Positions 62,139 to 64,000 of a stretch of DNA of 64,000 nt are shown here, in pieces. Numbering within the stretch: the first letter of the stretch is position 1; the number at the start of each line of letters is the position of its first letter. This stretch comes from Bradymonadia bacterium (lineage in GTDB: Bacteria; Myxococcota_A; Bradymonadia; UBA7976; UBA1532). The stretch spans positions 64,001 to 128,000 of the forward strand of contig JBKAGE010000079.1 of the NCBI GenBank assembly GCA_046290225.1, given 5' to 3'. The notes below the pieces were generated by a model. That model searched no databases. It saw nothing but the letters and a program-made list of their open reading frames with translations, and was not told the DNA's origin. The position numbers were made by a program, and so were the translations under genes.

Positions 62139-63385
62139 ACCTCAGAGAGCTCAACTACATCCTGATCCCGCGCTCGCCCGAGGTGCTCGAGCGATGGGCG
62201 GAAGGCCCATCGGCACGTTTGATCGGGCCCCTCATCTGGCTGGCCCGCCACGGCACCCGAGAAGGGCAGGTCGTCTTTGTGATCACTCTCGTCTGCGCCG
62301 CAGCGGGGGTGAACATCCGGTTCTCCCACCTGTACCTGATCTTCTGTGCCCTCATGGGGCTTTGGGTGGCGGCCTTCTGCCTGAGGCCACTGGCGCGGAT
62401 CCCCGATGTGCAGTTCTCCATGAGCCACGCCCCTCGGGTGGAGGCCGACGCGGTGATCGAGCTGACGGCGGTGGTGCACAACGCCGGGACGAAGCCTGTG
62501 TACGCCCTCAGAATCAACGGGCCTTTCCTCAACTGGGATGGCGTGTGGGTGGGCAACCGGCCGGAGATCCCTCATCTGGGCCCCGGTGAGACCGTGCGGG
62601 TGTCGGCCCAGGCGAAGTTCAGCCTGAGGGGCCCACGGATCATCGGTCGCTTTCGTCTGGGATCCGTCCGCCCCCTGCTGTTGCTCTCGGGGCCCCAGAA
62701 GGCGAGTGAGCCGGTGCGGTTCACCGTGGTGCCGCCGTGCCCGCAGGTGCAGCTGCCTCCACCGTGGGGTGGAGAGCAGGATGGTGGCAGCTGGCGCAGC
62801 AAGGGGCTCGTGGGTGGCGCAGAGCTGCGGGGCGTGAGGCCATATCAGCCCGGCGATCGTCTACGTGATTTGCACAGTCGATCATGGGGCCGCGTTGGGG
62901 TGCCCATGGTGCGGGAGTATCTCGTTTCCAGCAGACCACGGGTGCACATCTGGGTCGATCCCGGCACGGGTGGAGAGCGGGGCAGGCGAGAGCTGATGAA
63001 CGGCATCGCGGCCATGGCTCACGGGGTGGTGGTGGCCATGCTCCAAACAGGGGCCGAGATCATGTTCACCGTGGTGGGTCAGAGCGAGCACGTCGTCGGC
63101 CCCATCGCCCCGGGAGGGGCCATCGAGCCGATCCTCGACCAGCTCGCCGTGGTGGGCCCGGAGGTGCCTCCGAACACTGCGCCGCCGATGGTGTCAGGCG
63201 CTCTCGCTGTGGTGATAGTGCGTCCGAAGCGGTCCTCTGACTGGACCCGAGCCATGCAGCCCACCCGTGGTCTCATCGACATCGAAATCTCTGACGAGCG
63301 GCGGTTGCACACCATCGAGCGCGACGCGCCGGGCCAGTACCGCGTGCCGCTCGATGCCCTGAACGACCCTGTGGTGCTCTGGTGA
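62135..63385 (+). CDS. DUF58 domain protein
   Basis: LRGVRPYQPGD motif, N-terminal TMs, GTGA overlap with moxR. Confidence 0.85.
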   Translation: MNLRELNYILIPRSPEVLERWAEGPSARLIGPLIWLARHGTREGQVVFVITLVCAAAGVNIRFSHLYLIFCALMGLWVAAFCLRPLARIPDVQFSMSHAPRVEADAVIELTAVVHNAGTKPVYALRINGPFLNWDGVWVGNRPEIPHLGPGETVRVSAQAKFSLRGPRIIGRFRLGSVRPLLLLSGPQKASEPVRFTVVPPCPQVQLPPPWGGEQDGGSWRSKGLVGGAELRGVRPYQPGDRLRDLHSRSWGRVGVPMVREYLVSSRPRVHIWVDPGTGGERGRRELMNGIAAMAHGVVVAMLQTGAEIMFTVVGQSEHVVGPIAPGGAIEPILDQLAVVGPEVPPNTAPPMVSGALAVVIVRPKRSSDWTRAMQPTRGLIDIEISDERRLHTIERDAPGQYRVPLDALNDPVVLW

Positions 63386-64000
63386 GGCGCATCTCCCAGG
63401 CGCTCGTGGGGTTCGCCCTCATGATCCCCCCCGCCCTCGGGGCATGGGCCATGCGCTTTGATCCCCTCGAGGCCTCTGCCCAACGCATCTTGCTGGTGGC
63501 GGTCTTCGTGCTCACTGCGGCGCGCGTGGTGCGGCCGATCAACCTCGGGCCATTGGTGGTGCTGTTGTTGATCCCCTTCGCGCTCACCACCGACTTCGCC
63601 GCCCTCGGGCGAGGGCCCATGGTCACCCTCGTGGCCACCGCCGCGGGGATGATCTTCGCGGGGTGGTCCTCGAGCACACGGAGCCTGACCGCGGTGTGTG
63701 CCCTGAGCGTGATGGCCCTCATGGGTCTGGGGCAGGCCACCGAGCGGCTCGACTTCGCCCTGGCGACAGGTCTGCAAATCACCTGCATCACCGTCGGCCT
63801 CGTCACCGCCCACCGGATCATGCCCACCCTCGCCGGTGAGGGCTGGCGCCTGCACAGCAGAGCCATTCTGGTGCCATGTCTCGTGACGATGATCGTCGGC
63901 GGGGCCGTGATGAGCGCTCTGGGGCACTGGCTGCCTCTGGCAGAGCCCTATGTCACTGGCTGGGTGGGGTCGATGCTCGATGATCGCACAGCGAAAACCG
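63382..64000 (+). CDS. Polytopic membrane protein, 3'-partial (likely transglutaminase-type partner of MoxR-DUF58)
   Basis: GTG 63382 overlaps the DUF58 stop and gives a hydrophobic frame running off the window. Identity is inferred from operon context only. Confidence 0.6.
   Translation, partial: MRRISQALVGFALMIPPALGAWAMRFDPLEASAQRILLVAVFVLTAARVVRPINLGPLVVLLLIPFALTTDFAALGRGPMVTLVATAAGMIFAGWSSSTRSLTAVCALSVMALMGLGQATERLDFALATGLQITCITVGLVTAHRIMPTLAGEGWRLHSRAILVPCLVTMIVGGAVMSALGHWLPLAEPYVTGWVGSMLDDRTAKT

Overview
High-GC bacterial chromosomal window, probably Myxococcota or a close relative (inferred from a MYXO-CTERM-like tail, many Cys-rich surface lipoproteins, Ser/Thr kinases and a PEGA protein). 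It holds about 40 CDS: housekeeping and envelope genes (NupC-type transporter, acetoacetate-CoA ligase, greB, dusB, gluQ, inositol-1-P synthase, WecA-like, Gld-type ABC, MoxR-DUF58). Two regions stand out. (1) At 8.1-9.8 kb on the minus strand lies an array of seven atypical tRNA genes for only Ala, Gly and Thr. It sits behind a sigma70-like promoter, a 59-codon leader ORF missed by the ORF track, and mutually exclusive antiterminator/terminator hairpins, i.e. an apparent ribosome-sensing attenuator gating a reserve tRNA set. (2) At 21-25 kb two paralogous lipoproteins each carry an aerolysin/ETX-type beta-hairpin with proline-free arms of about 125 residues, suggesting an unusually long two-component beta-barrel pore or needle next to a cluster of Cys-rich surface proteins. 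All family calls are from motif recognition by eye; no database searches were run. No CRISPR array, rRNA, integrase or transposase was seen.
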